Below are positions 1 through 8,710 of a stretch of 64,000 nt of DNA, one piece after another. Source of the DNA: Minisyncoccia bacterium (GTDB lineage: Bacteria; Patescibacteriota; Minisyncoccia; Phycocordibacterales; UBA918); assembly GCA_041742075.1 (NCBI GenBank), contig JBGSJJ010000009.1, positions 12,895 to 76,894 of the forward strand, written 5' to 3'. Each line of letters starts with the position of its first letter. Position 1 is the stretch's first letter. Position numbers and translations under genes: made by a program. The notes below the pieces were generated by a model. That model made no database searches. It was not told the origin of the DNA and saw only the letters and a program-made list of their open reading frames with translations.

Positions 1-347
1 TAGCACCGATGGTGGCCTGGGCGACGCTATCAAGCCTGAGTCTCCGGCCAAGGGATTCTCGTATTGACTCAAGCAGGTCAATACTCTTGATACTTGTTAA
101 GTCTCCAGGAAAATATTTGTTCAAAAGTGGAATATCAAAGTGGTTGCTGTTGTAGCCAACGAGGGCGTCAGCTGTCTCGATGATGGGCCATAGTTTCGAT
201 AGTTCAGTGATATCAACGGTGGTGTACTTGTCAGTACCGTAGTCATACACAGTAGCAACGGAAATATCAAGATCTGCCGGGTCATTACTCCCGATGTCTT
301 GAAAAATATTTTGGGTTTCGAGGTCAAAAACAAGGTAACGCACAGTA

Positions 348-1604
348 CTAGCTAAGCAAATGAGTAATCAGTTCAGGGAGTGTACCCTTGGTTTCGGTAC
401 TTGTCGTTAAGTCTTTAAGTGCAAATGTTCCAGCTTTGAGTTCATCTTCACCAAAGACAAGAGCAAACCCGACAAATTGCTTCCCAGCATCACTAATTTT
501 TTTACCAACTTTTTTTGTACTCATGTCGACAGCCACGCTGATGCCAGACTCACGGATTTGGCCAGAAATCTTTTGTGCCTGTAGATTAAGTGCGTCACTG
601 CTTGGAATAACCATAACGGTTGGCGCGGTAAAGTCTGAAGTGAGTAAGTCGTGGGTGGTTAAAAAGTCTCGCATGGTGACGTCACCCATGCCAAAACCGA
701 TTCCCGAGATTGGCTCATCACTGAAAAGTTGGGTCAAGTTGTCGTACCGTCCACCACCGAGCATCGAACGATTGTTTTCGCTTGAGACGTCGAAAATTTC
801 AAAAATGGTGCCAGTGTAGTAGTCAAACCCGCGCGCGAGTGAGCGGTCGAGTACTACGTTTTCTATACCAAGCGCTTTAAGACCCTCGATAACCTGGTTA
901 CTACCTGTGGTGTCACTCACGAGCTTGGCGACGTTCTTAGTCAACTTGTCGTCCTTAAGAAGGGTACGAAGAGCTTCTAGGTATTCAGCCTCGGTTACTT
1001 TGTGTTTACGGTCGTTAATACGGGTGATGCGGGTAATAGTTTCTTGGTCAGTAATCCCAAGCTCGTTATAAAGTGTCTGCATCTCAGCGCGATTGTTAAC
1101 GTGGATAGAAAAAATGTCTGGTGTGGCGCCGAAGTTTATGAGAGTTTGATAGGCCAGCGCAATCACTTCAACGTCCGCCGTGTAGTCGTCACTCCCAAAC
1201 AGGTCACAGTTTAACTGCCAGTGCTCACGCAGTCGACCCCGTTGCGGACGTTCATACCGAAATAAGTTTGGGATGGAGTACCAACGAAGCGGGAACACTA
1301 AGTCTCGTTTTTTCCCAGCCACCATGCGGGCTACGGTCGGGGTCATTTCTGGTCGTAGGGTCACCTCGCGCTCACCACGGTCGGTAAACGTATAGGTCTG
1401 TTCGTTGACCATTTCTTCATTTTCTACACCCTTACTTCGATATAAATCAGACGGTTCAAGGATAGACGCATCATAGCGTTCATAGCCAAAGCTTTCGGCA
1501 GTCTGACTCCAAACGTCAAAAATATAACGCTGAATTGCCATGTCTTCCGGGTAGAAGTCACGAACACCTTTGTAGGCTTCAGTTGAAAGCGTTTTGTGTT
1601 TCAT
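348..1604 (-). CDS. hisS: histidyl-tRNA synthetase (class II)
   Basis: 418-aa ORF; class II aaRS motifs and typical HisRS N-terminus (YKGVRDFYPED), RYERPQRGR motif. Confidence 0.85.
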   Translation of the reverse strand: MKHKTLSTEAYKGVRDFYPEDMAIQRYIFDVWSQTAESFGYERYDASILEPSDLYRSKGVENEEMVNEQTYTFTDRGEREVTLRPEMTPTVARMVAGKKRDLVFPLRWYSIPNLFRYERPQRGRLREHWQLNCDLFGSDDYTADVEVIALAYQTLINFGATPDIFSIHVNNRAEMQTLYNELGITDQETITRITRINDRKHKVTEAEYLEALRTLLKDDKLTKNVAKLVSDTTGSNQVIEGLKALGIENVVLDRSLARGFDYYTGTIFEIFDVSSENNRSMLGGGRYDNLTQLFSDEPISGIGFGMGDVTMRDFLTTHDLLTSDFTAPTVMVIPSSDALNLQAQKISGQIRESGISVAVDMSTKKVGKKISDAGKQFVGFALVFGEDELKAGTFALKDLTTSTETKGTLPELITHLLS

Positions 1605-1652
1605 AGATAGTTATAGGATTGTAGGTGAGTAGGTCGGGGATTGCAAGCTCAG

Positions 1653-2222
1653 CTACGCTTGGCTTTTCTCGTCAGGGTTTTGGTACACAACCTTCAAGCG
1701 AGTATCCATTGCTTCTTGAATCAAGGATTGCAAACCTCGTGGGTCAGGGAGACCAACAGACGTGAAGTTGCTTTCGGCAGCACTAGCGGTTTGGGCGTTA
1801 ATGGTTCCGAAATTGAGAAAGGTTGCGATAATCCCGTCAATGGATACTTTGATGTCTTGGAGTCGCTCGAGTCTAAAACTACTGATTTTTCGATGGAAGA
1901 ACTGTACTTGCTCAATCACAATAATTCGTCGGTCCGTAATAATCCAGAGGTCGAGATAAAAATGGGTCCAGATCATTGCTCCAACCATAATAGAAAGAAT
2001 CCACCAACCGGCGAGCGTGTAGAAAATCACTGGTGTGTAGCCGGTTAAGCTTATGTTGTTACCTACTTCGCTTGGTAGGGCCAGAAAACCAATCACAATA
2101 AAGAATGGCACCAGTGCCACAAAGAGCACGGCAAATAGTTCAGCAAAAATGATAAACCAGTGTTTGCGTACCATGGTGATGATTCTTTCGTCTTCTTCAA
2201 GTTGGATTTTTTCAAGCAACAT
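1653..2222 (-). CDS. membrane protein with bacterial PH-like (YdbS/YdbT, DUF304-type) domain
   Basis: 189 aa; two N-terminal TM helices followed by a soluble domain, architecture typical of bPH_2 proteins. Confidence 0.45.
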   Translation of the reverse strand: MLLEKIQLEEDERIITMVRKHWFIIFAELFAVLFVALVPFFIVIGFLALPSEVGNNISLTGYTPVIFYTLAGWWILSIMVGAMIWTHFYLDLWIITDRRIIVIEQVQFFHRKISSFRLERLQDIKVSIDGIIATFLNFGTINAQTASAAESNFTSVGLPDPRGLQSLIQEAMDTRLKVVYQNPDEKSQA

Positions 2223-2228
2223 ATACGG

Positions 2229-2447
2229 TTAGATAAACATTCTTGTTATGAACATAAGTAAAAAAAGGGGAATGGTACTGCCAAAGTAGATGAGTGAAGT
2301 GAGGGTATACACTCGAGCACTAGTGCCATAGTTTTTCCAGTGAAAAATGAGGATGGCGGAAAAAATGATATAGACCAGCAAAAGTATGTATATAAGTACT
2401 TCAGTCAGAGCTGAAGTGTCTACGGCTTGCGAGAGCGTTTCAATCAT
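2229..2447 (-). CDS. small two-TM membrane protein (hypothetical)
   Basis: 72-aa ORF with two hydrophobic helices, tightly spaced between neighbouring minus-strand genes. Confidence 0.35.
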   Translation of the reverse strand: MIETLSQAVDTSALTEVLIYILLLVYIIFSAILIFHWKNYGTSARVYTLTSLIYFGSTIPLFLLMFITRMFI

Positions 2448-2452
2448 TGCTT

Positions 2453-3289
2453 CTATTTTCTCATAGTGAGGACAGAGAAGCGAGGAATTCCGTATTGGTC
2501 GCTGTGAGTAGTCACCAAGTCGAACCCAGCACCGTTAGCGAGAGTGAGGATTACTTCTTTGTGCTCAGGTTCGTGCTCCATCCACAGTTGGCCACACTGA
2601 GTTAAATGAGCAGGTGACTGATTGATAATCTTTTCAATGAGTTCCAGTCCAGCCTCCCCGCCATAGAGAGCCACGTGGGGTTCATAATTCTTGACTGAAG
2701 ACTCAGCTCGATCAATTGTGGGGTCGATATAGGGTGGGTTTGAAACAATGTAGTCAAACTGACCAGATATATTGGCAAACAGGTCGGATTGAATAATAGA
2801 ATAATTATCAATCCCATTCTCCAAGCAATTCTTTTCAATAGTAGTAAGGTGACTTTCCTCAATTTCGCCAAACGTGATGTGAGTGCTCGGAATCGCTTTA
2901 TTAATTGCAACACCAATACAACCAGACCCGGCACACAAATCAAGTACACGAAGCTGTCCTGAGGTTTCGCCACGGGACACTCCGCCATGGGCTGTCCCGA
3001 GCTCCGTCCTTGGGAGGATGGTTTTGATTACCTCTCCCGTCCAGAACTCAGTCTCTGTGCGTGGAATGAGTGGTTTTGAATCGAGATAGATACGACAGTT
3101 CAAAAAGGGAACGAAGCCAATAACGTAGCCAAGTGGTTCGCCAGCAGTGAGCCGGGCACAATCGGCGAAAAATCCTTCACCCCAAGAGTACTTGTTTTTA
3201 ATCTCGTCCAAAGACTCGTTAAAAACTAGCGCGCTTATTTCACCGTTGTACTTTTCTTTGAGTAACCATTGTTCGTCTTGACTCATCAT
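2453..3289 (-). CDS. prmC: release-factor glutamine N5-methyltransferase PrmC/HemK
   Basis: 278 aa; SAM-binding motif LDLCAGSGCIG and catalytic NPPY motif (IVSNPPYIDP). Confidence 0.8.
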   Translation of the reverse strand: MMSQDEQWLLKEKYNGEISALVFNESLDEIKNKYSWGEGFFADCARLTAGEPLGYVIGFVPFLNCRIYLDSKPLIPRTETEFWTGEVIKTILPRTELGTAHGGVSRGETSGQLRVLDLCAGSGCIGVAINKAIPSTHITFGEIEESHLTTIEKNCLENGIDNYSIIQSDLFANISGQFDYIVSNPPYIDPTIDRAESSVKNYEPHVALYGGEAGLELIEKIINQSPAHLTQCGQLWMEHEPEHKEVILTLANGAGFDLVTTHSDQYGIPRFSVLTMRK

Positions 3290-3303
3290 AATATGGTGTT
3301 ACT

Positions 3304-3681
3304 ATGCATTTAGAATCAAATTACGTCAATGGAGGTACATCAATGAAAAAAAGCTTTGAGAAGGTTAAAATAACCTCGAAGAAAGCATTAGCATATGCAG
3401 AGGGATTTAACGCATATCGAAACAAACTAGCCGAACGTCTCCGGGTAGACGCAAAAGGTGTCATTGCGGATGATGTTTTTATTTCTGGAGTAAAAGCAGC
3501 TGCTGAAGTAGGTATAGATGTATCGTTTACACTAGCTAGATTGGGAGTAGTAGGTGTAGTTTGGACAAATGCTGATGTTCGTAATAAGGTTTTCGAGTGG
3601 GAATATGGCAATAATCTTCCAAATCAAGAAGAGCGCCAGATTGCGTTTGAGGGATTGGCTGGTGTCTTGTTACATACATAA
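3304..3681 (+). CDS. hypothetical protein
   Basis: 125-aa ORF followed by a strong intrinsic terminator; no recognisable domain. Confidence 0.4.
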   Translation: MHLESNYVNGGTSMKKSFEKVKITSKKALAYAEGFNAYRNKLAERLRVDAKGVIADDVFISGVKAAAEVGIDVSFTLARLGVVGVVWTNADVRNKVFEWEYGNNLPNQEERQIAFEGLAGVLLHT

Positions 3682-3714
3682 AGCACATTATCTGCTTAAC
3701 TACATGATTTAGTA

Positions 3715-3749
3715 GACCCGAGCGTTCGCGCTCGGGTCTTGCTTTTTTA
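3715..3749 (+). terminator. rho-independent terminator
   Basis: GACCCGAGCG-TTCG-CGCTCGGGTC hairpin followed by TTGCTTTTTT. Confidence 0.5.
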
Positions 3750-3780
3750 TACTGCACTAAAATGCTATACTCATACCATT

Positions 3781-4530
3781 ATGTCTACCCCAATGCTTGA
3801 AATAAAGAACCTGGTAAAAGTCTACGGAACGGGTAAGACCGCCAAGACGGCTGTCGATAACATCTCACTTACCGTAGAGAAGGGCGCATTTTTTGGTCTC
3901 CTGGGACCAAACGGGGCTGGTAAGAGTAGTACGATTCACTGTATTACCGGTATTGCTCAGCCGACGTCTGGTCAGATACTGATTGACGGTACTGATGTGG
4001 TAAAAGACTACAAGCAAGCGCGTACGATGGTAGGCCTCTCCCCACAGGAGTTTAATGTCGATATTTTTGCAACACCCGTCCAGCTCATGAGTTACATGGG
4101 TGGCTACTATGGCATAACTAAAGAGGTGCGCGACGCGCGCATTGAAGAACTTATTAAGCGGTTTGACTTAGAGAAGCACCGAAACGTTAAGTTCATGAAG
4201 CTCTCGGGTGGTCTTAAACGAAGAGCGATGCTCGGCAGGGCACTCATTCACACACCAGACCTACTTATCTTAGACGAACCGACAGCGGGAGTCGATGTTG
4301 AGCAACGACGCGACTTGTGGGCGTACCTAAAAGAAATGAACGAAGCCGGGAAGACCATCATCCTTACTTCCCACTATCTTGAAGAGATTCAGTATCTTTG
4401 TAACGAGATTGCTGTTATTAATAATGGCAAAATTGTCGCATCGGGAACGAAAGAGGAGTTTATGAAAGGAGGGAAGTCGGTGGAGGAGCGATATCTAGAA
4501 ATTACTCGCGAAGACGACAAAAAATCTTAA
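3781..4530 (+). CDS. ABC transporter ATP-binding protein
   Basis: Walker A GPNGAGKS, ABC signature LSGGLKRR, Walker B ILDEPT; start chosen at MSTPMLEIKNL because the upstream ATG at 3739 lies inside the preceding terminator. Confidence 0.85.
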   Translation: MSTPMLEIKNLVKVYGTGKTAKTAVDNISLTVEKGAFFGLLGPNGAGKSSTIHCITGIAQPTSGQILIDGTDVVKDYKQARTMVGLSPQEFNVDIFATPVQLMSYMGGYYGITKEVRDARIEELIKRFDLEKHRNVKFMKLSGGLKRRAMLGRALIHTPDLLILDEPTAGVDVEQRRDLWAYLKEMNEAGKTIILTSHYLEEIQYLCNEIAVINNGKIVASGTKEEFMKGGKSVEERYLEITREDDKKS

Positions 4531-4663
4531 AATGAGCGATCAACTTTGTCCGACTACAAAAAATAACACGCACCGTATGCCAACATACGTTTTGTATTAT
4601 TTTTCTTGTCCTCTGCGTTGCTCATCTCATTTAAAAATTTTTAACAGCATTTATAAATAGTAT

Positions 4664-5449
4664 GTGCGTATGAAAAACGAAACAGGAATTAACTGGATAG
4701 GTCTCTATACAATGCTCCGTCGCGAAGTTGAGCGTACTATGCGTGTCGTTATTCAAACACTCGTTGCGCCGGTGATTTCGGCAGCCCTTTACATATTTAT
4801 TTTCGGAACCGTCATTGGTTCGAAGATTGATGATTTTTCTGGCGTTCCCTATATTTCTTTTGTATTCCCGGGTGTTCTAATGCTTTCAATCATCAACGCC
4901 TCGTTTTCAAGCGCGTCTTCCGCTCTTTACTTCATGCGGTTTACAAAGGGTATAGAAGAAATTCTCATTACACCGTTTTCATATCTCGAAATGTTGGTTG
5001 GGTTTGTCGGGAGCGCCGTCACACGGGCACTGATGGTGGCGTTCTTGATTCTGGGGGTAGGACTGCTCTTTGGAGCAGTTCAGCTTGAAAGTCCGATTTT
5101 GTTTGTGCTCTACGTGTCGGCTATTTCGGCTATCTTTGCGATGCTCGGGATTTTGGTGGCGCTGTGGGCTGATGGGTTTGAACAGCTTCAGGTTTTAAAC
5201 ACCTTTGTCATTACACCGCTCACGTACCTGGGAGGAATCTTTTACTCCATCACTATGCTCCCACCCTTGGTAGCTACTCTCACTAGAGCAAATCCATTTT
5301 TCTATTTTGCCGATGGAGTGCGAAGTAGCATGATTGGGTACAGTGAAGCGAATAGTTTTGTGGGGCTACTCGTTATTGGCGGTCTTTTACTTGGTCTCGG
5401 ACTACTTGTCACTCATTTGTTTAGAAAGGGTTGGCGCATTCGGAATTAA
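4664..5449 (+). CDS. ABC-2 family transporter permease
   Basis: 261 aa, six hydrophobic segments, directly downstream of the ABC ATPase. Confidence 0.7.
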   Translation: MRMKNETGINWIGLYTMLRREVERTMRVVIQTLVAPVISAALYIFIFGTVIGSKIDDFSGVPYISFVFPGVLMLSIINASFSSASSALYFMRFTKGIEEILITPFSYLEMLVGFVGSAVTRALMVAFLILGVGLLFGAVQLESPILFVLYVSAISAIFAMLGILVALWADGFEQLQVLNTFVITPLTYLGGIFYSITMLPPLVATLTRANPFFYFADGVRSSMIGYSEANSFVGLLVIGGLLLGLGLLVTHLFRKGWRIRN

Positions 5450-5506
5450 TTGACTTGCTGGTACAGCAGGGTAAAGTGAGGTTAGTGAGTGAACAACGGA
5501 GGTGAA

Positions 5507-5662
5507 ATGAAAGACGATAGCACTGATAAGACTCAACACCTGAAATCATCCCCGTACCGCACATCTGTGCGCTTCTGGGAAGTTCTGAACCAGGTTTGCT
5601 TTTGGCTTGTACTCGCCACTGCCGTGGTGATAGTGTACGAAATCTGGATGTATACCAGGTAG
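5507..5662 (+). CDS. small tail-anchored membrane protein (51 aa), not in ORF track
   Basis: ATG preceded by GGAGGTG RBS at 5-nt spacing; C-terminal TM helix (VCFWLVLATAVVIVYEIW); followed by a terminator hairpin at 5678-5716. Confidence 0.4.
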   Translation: MKDDSTDKTQHLKSSPYRTSVRFWEVLNQVCFWLVLATAVVIVYEIWMYTR

Positions 5663-5677
5663 ACTTGGTTCTGAATC

Positions 5678-5716
5678 CGTCCGGTGCGCTCGCGCACCGG
5701 ACGATTTATATTTCTT
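5678..5716 (+). terminator. rho-independent terminator
   Basis: CGTCCGGTGCGC/GCGCACCGGACG 12-bp stem then ATTTATATTTCTT. Confidence 0.45.
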
Positions 5717-5802
5717 GACTAGTACATTCGGCATACCACGCGTGAGGCTCTTTACACAGTGCATACTTGGGTTACTTCGGTTACTTGGTACACTGTATGT
5801 AT

Positions 5803-6828
5803 ATGTCAGATTCACAAGCGCTGTATAAAACAGCCAAAACACTTGTCACACCAAGAAAGGGAATTCTTGCTGCTGACCAAAGTCCAACCTCAATGAACAA
5901 GCAATTGGCAGCGCTCGGTATTCCAGAAACCCCTGAGATGCGTCGTCTGTATCGTCAGCTATTATTTACCACTCCAGGAATCGAAGAGTTTGTAACTGGC
6001 GTTATTTTGCACGACGGTACTATTCGTAATCACACTGATGATGGCACCCAGTTTTCAGATGTCCTCATTTCAAAAGCGATTATTCCAATTATTAAAGTCG
6101 ACACCGGCACCGTACCGCATCACAACTTTCCAGGTGAAGTCTTGACGCAAGGACTCGATGACCTCGAAAAGCGCATGAATGAGTATTACGACATGGGCGC
6201 AAGGGCAGCCAAGTGGCGTGCTGTGATTACTATTTCTGACACTACTCCTACCCTTGAAAATCTCCGCACTGACGCCGTGTTTTTAGCACGCTACGCTTCT
6301 ATCTGTCAGTCCGCCGGTATTGTACCGATGATTGAACCGGAAGTGCTCTACAGCGGTTCACACTCAATCGAGCGAGCTGAAGCGGTCACCAGTGAAACAA
6401 TTAGAATTGTGTTTGATGCTCTTAAAGAACAACGAGTGGACTTGAAAGGACTCATCCTGAAAAGCAGTATGGTGCTCGCGGGTAGTGAATACCATGAACA
6501 ATCCTCATCTTCGCAAGTTGCTGAAGCCACCCTGCGTGCGTTTGCGCACTCAGTTCCGCCAGAGGTGCCAGGCGTGGTATTTCTCTCGGGTGGGCAGACA
6601 CCAGAGCGTGCCACTGAAAACCTAAACGCCATCGCACTTAAAGAGCAAAATGAAGGACCACTGCCGTGGCAGTTTGCGTTTTCTTTCTCTCGTGGGATTG
6701 AAGATCCAGTACAACGAGCGTGGCTGGGTGAAAAGGAAAATGTACCAGCAGCGCAAGTGGAACTCTTAAAGCGACTACGACTTAATAGTTTGGCTGATTC
6801 GGGGCTATACCGTGCCTCAATGGAGTAA
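5803..6828 (+). CDS. fructose-bisphosphate aldolase, class I (eukaryotic-type)
   Basis: N-terminal KGILAADQS motif characteristic of class I FBA and full-length similarity pattern; start at MSDSQ. Confidence 0.8.
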   Translation: MSDSQALYKTAKTLVTPRKGILAADQSPTSMNKQLAALGIPETPEMRRLYRQLLFTTPGIEEFVTGVILHDGTIRNHTDDGTQFSDVLISKAIIPIIKVDTGTVPHHNFPGEVLTQGLDDLEKRMNEYYDMGARAAKWRAVITISDTTPTLENLRTDAVFLARYASICQSAGIVPMIEPEVLYSGSHSIERAEAVTSETIRIVFDALKEQRVDLKGLILKSSMVLAGSEYHEQSSSSQVAEATLRAFAHSVPPEVPGVVFLSGGQTPERATENLNAIALKEQNEGPLPWQFAFSFSRGIEDPVQRAWLGEKENVPAAQVELLKRLRLNSLADSGLYRASME

Positions 6829-6896
6829 ATTTAAATCACAAAATTTTTGCGAATTACTTCGTTACTGTTCGGTAAAATTTCACTCATCGTATAATA

Positions 6897-7018
6897 AATA
6901 CGTTTCGTGAAATTTTCCTCCAGCGCCTTGTACTTCATCAAAAATTTTGTGATTTAATGAAGTTCGTGAAATTTTGCTTGAGCGCCTCGTATCTGACGCA
7001 AAATTCTGACATTTATAC
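6897..7018. repeat. two imperfect ~58-nt tandem direct repeats in convergent intergenic region
   Basis: TTCGTGAAATTTTCCTCCAGCGCCTTGTACTTCATCAAAAATTTTGTGATTTAATG versus TTCGTGAAATTTTGCTTGAGCGCCTCGTATCTGACGCAAAATTCTGACATTTATAC (~75% identity); weaker third partial copy at ~6835. Confidence 0.4.
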
Positions 7019-7076
7019 AGTAAGAGGTATTTAGTTTATTAAAATCAGTGTTTTACTTACAAGAGCAATCAACAAA

Positions 7077-7109
7077 AGTCCCAAGCCTACGGCTTGGGAC
7101 TTTTGTTTT
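7077..7109. terminator. bidirectional intrinsic terminator
   Basis: AGTCCCAAGCC-TAC-GGCTTGGGACT followed by TTTTGTTTT; A-run on the other side serves the minus-strand rpmG. Confidence 0.55.
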
Positions 7110-7119
7110 AGATTAACTA

Positions 7120-7299
7120 CTACTTCTTCTGCTTGTAGACCATGTGGGTCTTCGTAACCGGGTTGTATTTCTTAGCCTCGTACTTCTTAGAAGGATCCTT
7201 CTTGTTCTTATTGTTGAAGGTGGTGTAGTAGGTATGACCTTTACCGAGGCCGTTCTTGTCGCCTTGGGTAACCATCTTAATGAGTCGTTCTTGTGACAT
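7120..7299 (-). CDS. rpmG: 50S ribosomal protein L33 (Cys-less C- form)
   Basis: C-terminal pattern YYTTFNNKNKKDPSKKYEAKKYNPVTKTHMVYKQKK matches the L33 KNK..P..LE.KKY.P...KH consensus; start moved to MSQERLIK. Confidence 0.7.
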   Translation of the reverse strand: MSQERLIKMVTQGDKNGLGKGHTYYTTFNNKNKKDPSKKYEAKKYNPVTKTHMVYKQKK

Positions 7300-7483
7300 A
7301 ATGACGCCGATTGTAACAGAATTGACCATATACGTCAATCACACGGAAACACAGCCTATATCGGTAAAAAGTCATGAACAGGTAAGGCTAAAATAGAAAA
7401 GTGACCATGCTATACTAAATGCGAAGAGCTATGTTTCTTCGCCGAATTTTGTATATGTTTTTACTCAGACAAGCAATTAAGGC

Positions 7484-8710
7484 ATGAGAGTGCTTACTTT
7501 TGGTTGGGATTTTCCGCCCGAAACCTCAGGTGGCCTTGGCATAGCGTGCCAAGGGTTAACGCGTGAGCTGGCTGAAGAAGGAGTGGAAGTGCTGTTTGTC
7601 CTGCCAAAATCGCAAAAAGTATCGGGGTCACCCCGTTTTATTTTTGCTGATGCCAGCAAGAGTTTGGTCATTCGGGAGATTATATCTTCACTCGTGCCGT
7701 ATGGTACGAGTGAGACTATGGTGGATGTTTTTGACCGCATAACCGGTAAACGACTCTACTCACGACCACTGCTTGAGGAGGTTCGAGAATATGCCTATAA
7801 GGCAGCGAGAATTGCACAGGAGGAAGAATTCGACCTTATCCATGCTCACGATTGGACAGCGTATTTGGCTGGGGTCGCAGCGAAGATTGTAAGTGGCAAG
7901 AAGCTTATCCTCCACGTGCACGCGACCACCTTTGACCAAGCAGCGAGCGAAAACATTGACCCATCGATTTATGCTATTGAATTAGAAAGCTTTTCCTACG
8001 CTGACCAGATTATTGCGGTTAGTAACTACACAAAAAGTATTTTAATTGAAAAGCATAAAGTGCCAGCCCATAAGATTACCGTCGTCCATAACGGCTGTGA
8101 TACCAATGAACCAACAAAGTATGCGCCAACACTACAAAGTTTACGTGCCGAAGGAAAAAAGATTGTCCTGTATCATGGGCGCATCACGATTCAAAAAGGG
8201 GTAGATTATTTTGTGCACGCAGCGAGAAAGGTAATTGACACTGATCCAAATGTTGTATTTGTTATTTCTGGTAAAGGAGACATGGAGGCACAAATCGTTG
8301 AGCAGGTGGCTCGCCTGGGATTATCAGAACATGTTATTTTTGCTGGTGCTTTGTGGTATGAAGACCGTGATCGCATGTATCAGAGTGTCGACTTGGTGGT
8401 GATGCCGTCAGTCTCAGAACCTTTTGGCTTGGTGCCACTTGAAGCGATTCAGCATGGAGCACCATCTCTCATAAGTAAACAGTCCGGTGTTGCAGAAGTT
8501 ATTTCTCACGTACTCAAGGTCGACTTTTGGGATGTTGAAGACATGGCCAATAAAATTTTAGCCACCTTACGCTATCCGGTTATGCATGATCAGCTTGTAC
8601 GAGAAGGCAGGCAGGAGCTAAAACGCCTCTCTTGGAGTATTGCAGCAAAGAAAGTTATATCAATTTATAATTCACTTATTCAATCTTTTTCCAGAACTCC
8701 AGTATGTTAA
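7484..8710 (+). CDS. GT4-family glycosyltransferase (glycogen-synthase-like)
   Basis: 408 aa; GT-B fold with C-terminal E-X7-E-like region (EPFGLVPLEA); operonic with GH57 and GH15 genes. Confidence 0.75.
   Translation: MRVLTFGWDFPPETSGGLGIACQGLTRELAEEGVEVLFVLPKSQKVSGSPRFIFADASKSLVIREIISSLVPYGTSETMVDVFDRITGKRLYSRPLLEEVREYAYKAARIAQEEEFDLIHAHDWTAYLAGVAAKIVSGKKLILHVHATTFDQAASENIDPSIYAIELESFSYADQIIAVSNYTKSILIEKHKVPAHKITVVHNGCDTNEPTKYAPTLQSLRAEGKKIVLYHGRITIQKGVDYFVHAARKVIDTDPNVVFVISGKGDMEAQIVEQVARLGLSEHVIFAGALWYEDRDRMYQSVDLVVMPSVSEPFGLVPLEAIQHGAPSLISKQSGVAEVISHVLKVDFWDVEDMANKILATLRYPVMHDQLVREGRQELKRLSWSIAAKKVISIYNSLIQSFSRTPVC

Noticed and set aside
388-819. Antisense and overlapping ORFs inside well-supported genes (for example 388-819 in hisS, 19331-19762 in the P-type ATPase, 28034-28588 in the NhaD-like gene, 36116-36547 in murA, 42452-42937 and 44577-45122 in the giant ORF, 46521-47045, 62659-63252 in murF)
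   Set aside because: Each is fully embedded opposite or out of frame of a gene with strong motif evidence. They have low-complexity, Ser/Arg/Cys-rich translations typical of shadow ORFs.
5546-5842. 98-aa minus-strand ORF upstream of the aldolase
   Set aside because: It overlaps the better-supported small plus-strand gene (RBS plus terminator) and the aldolase start, with no RBS and an odd composition. Probably spurious.
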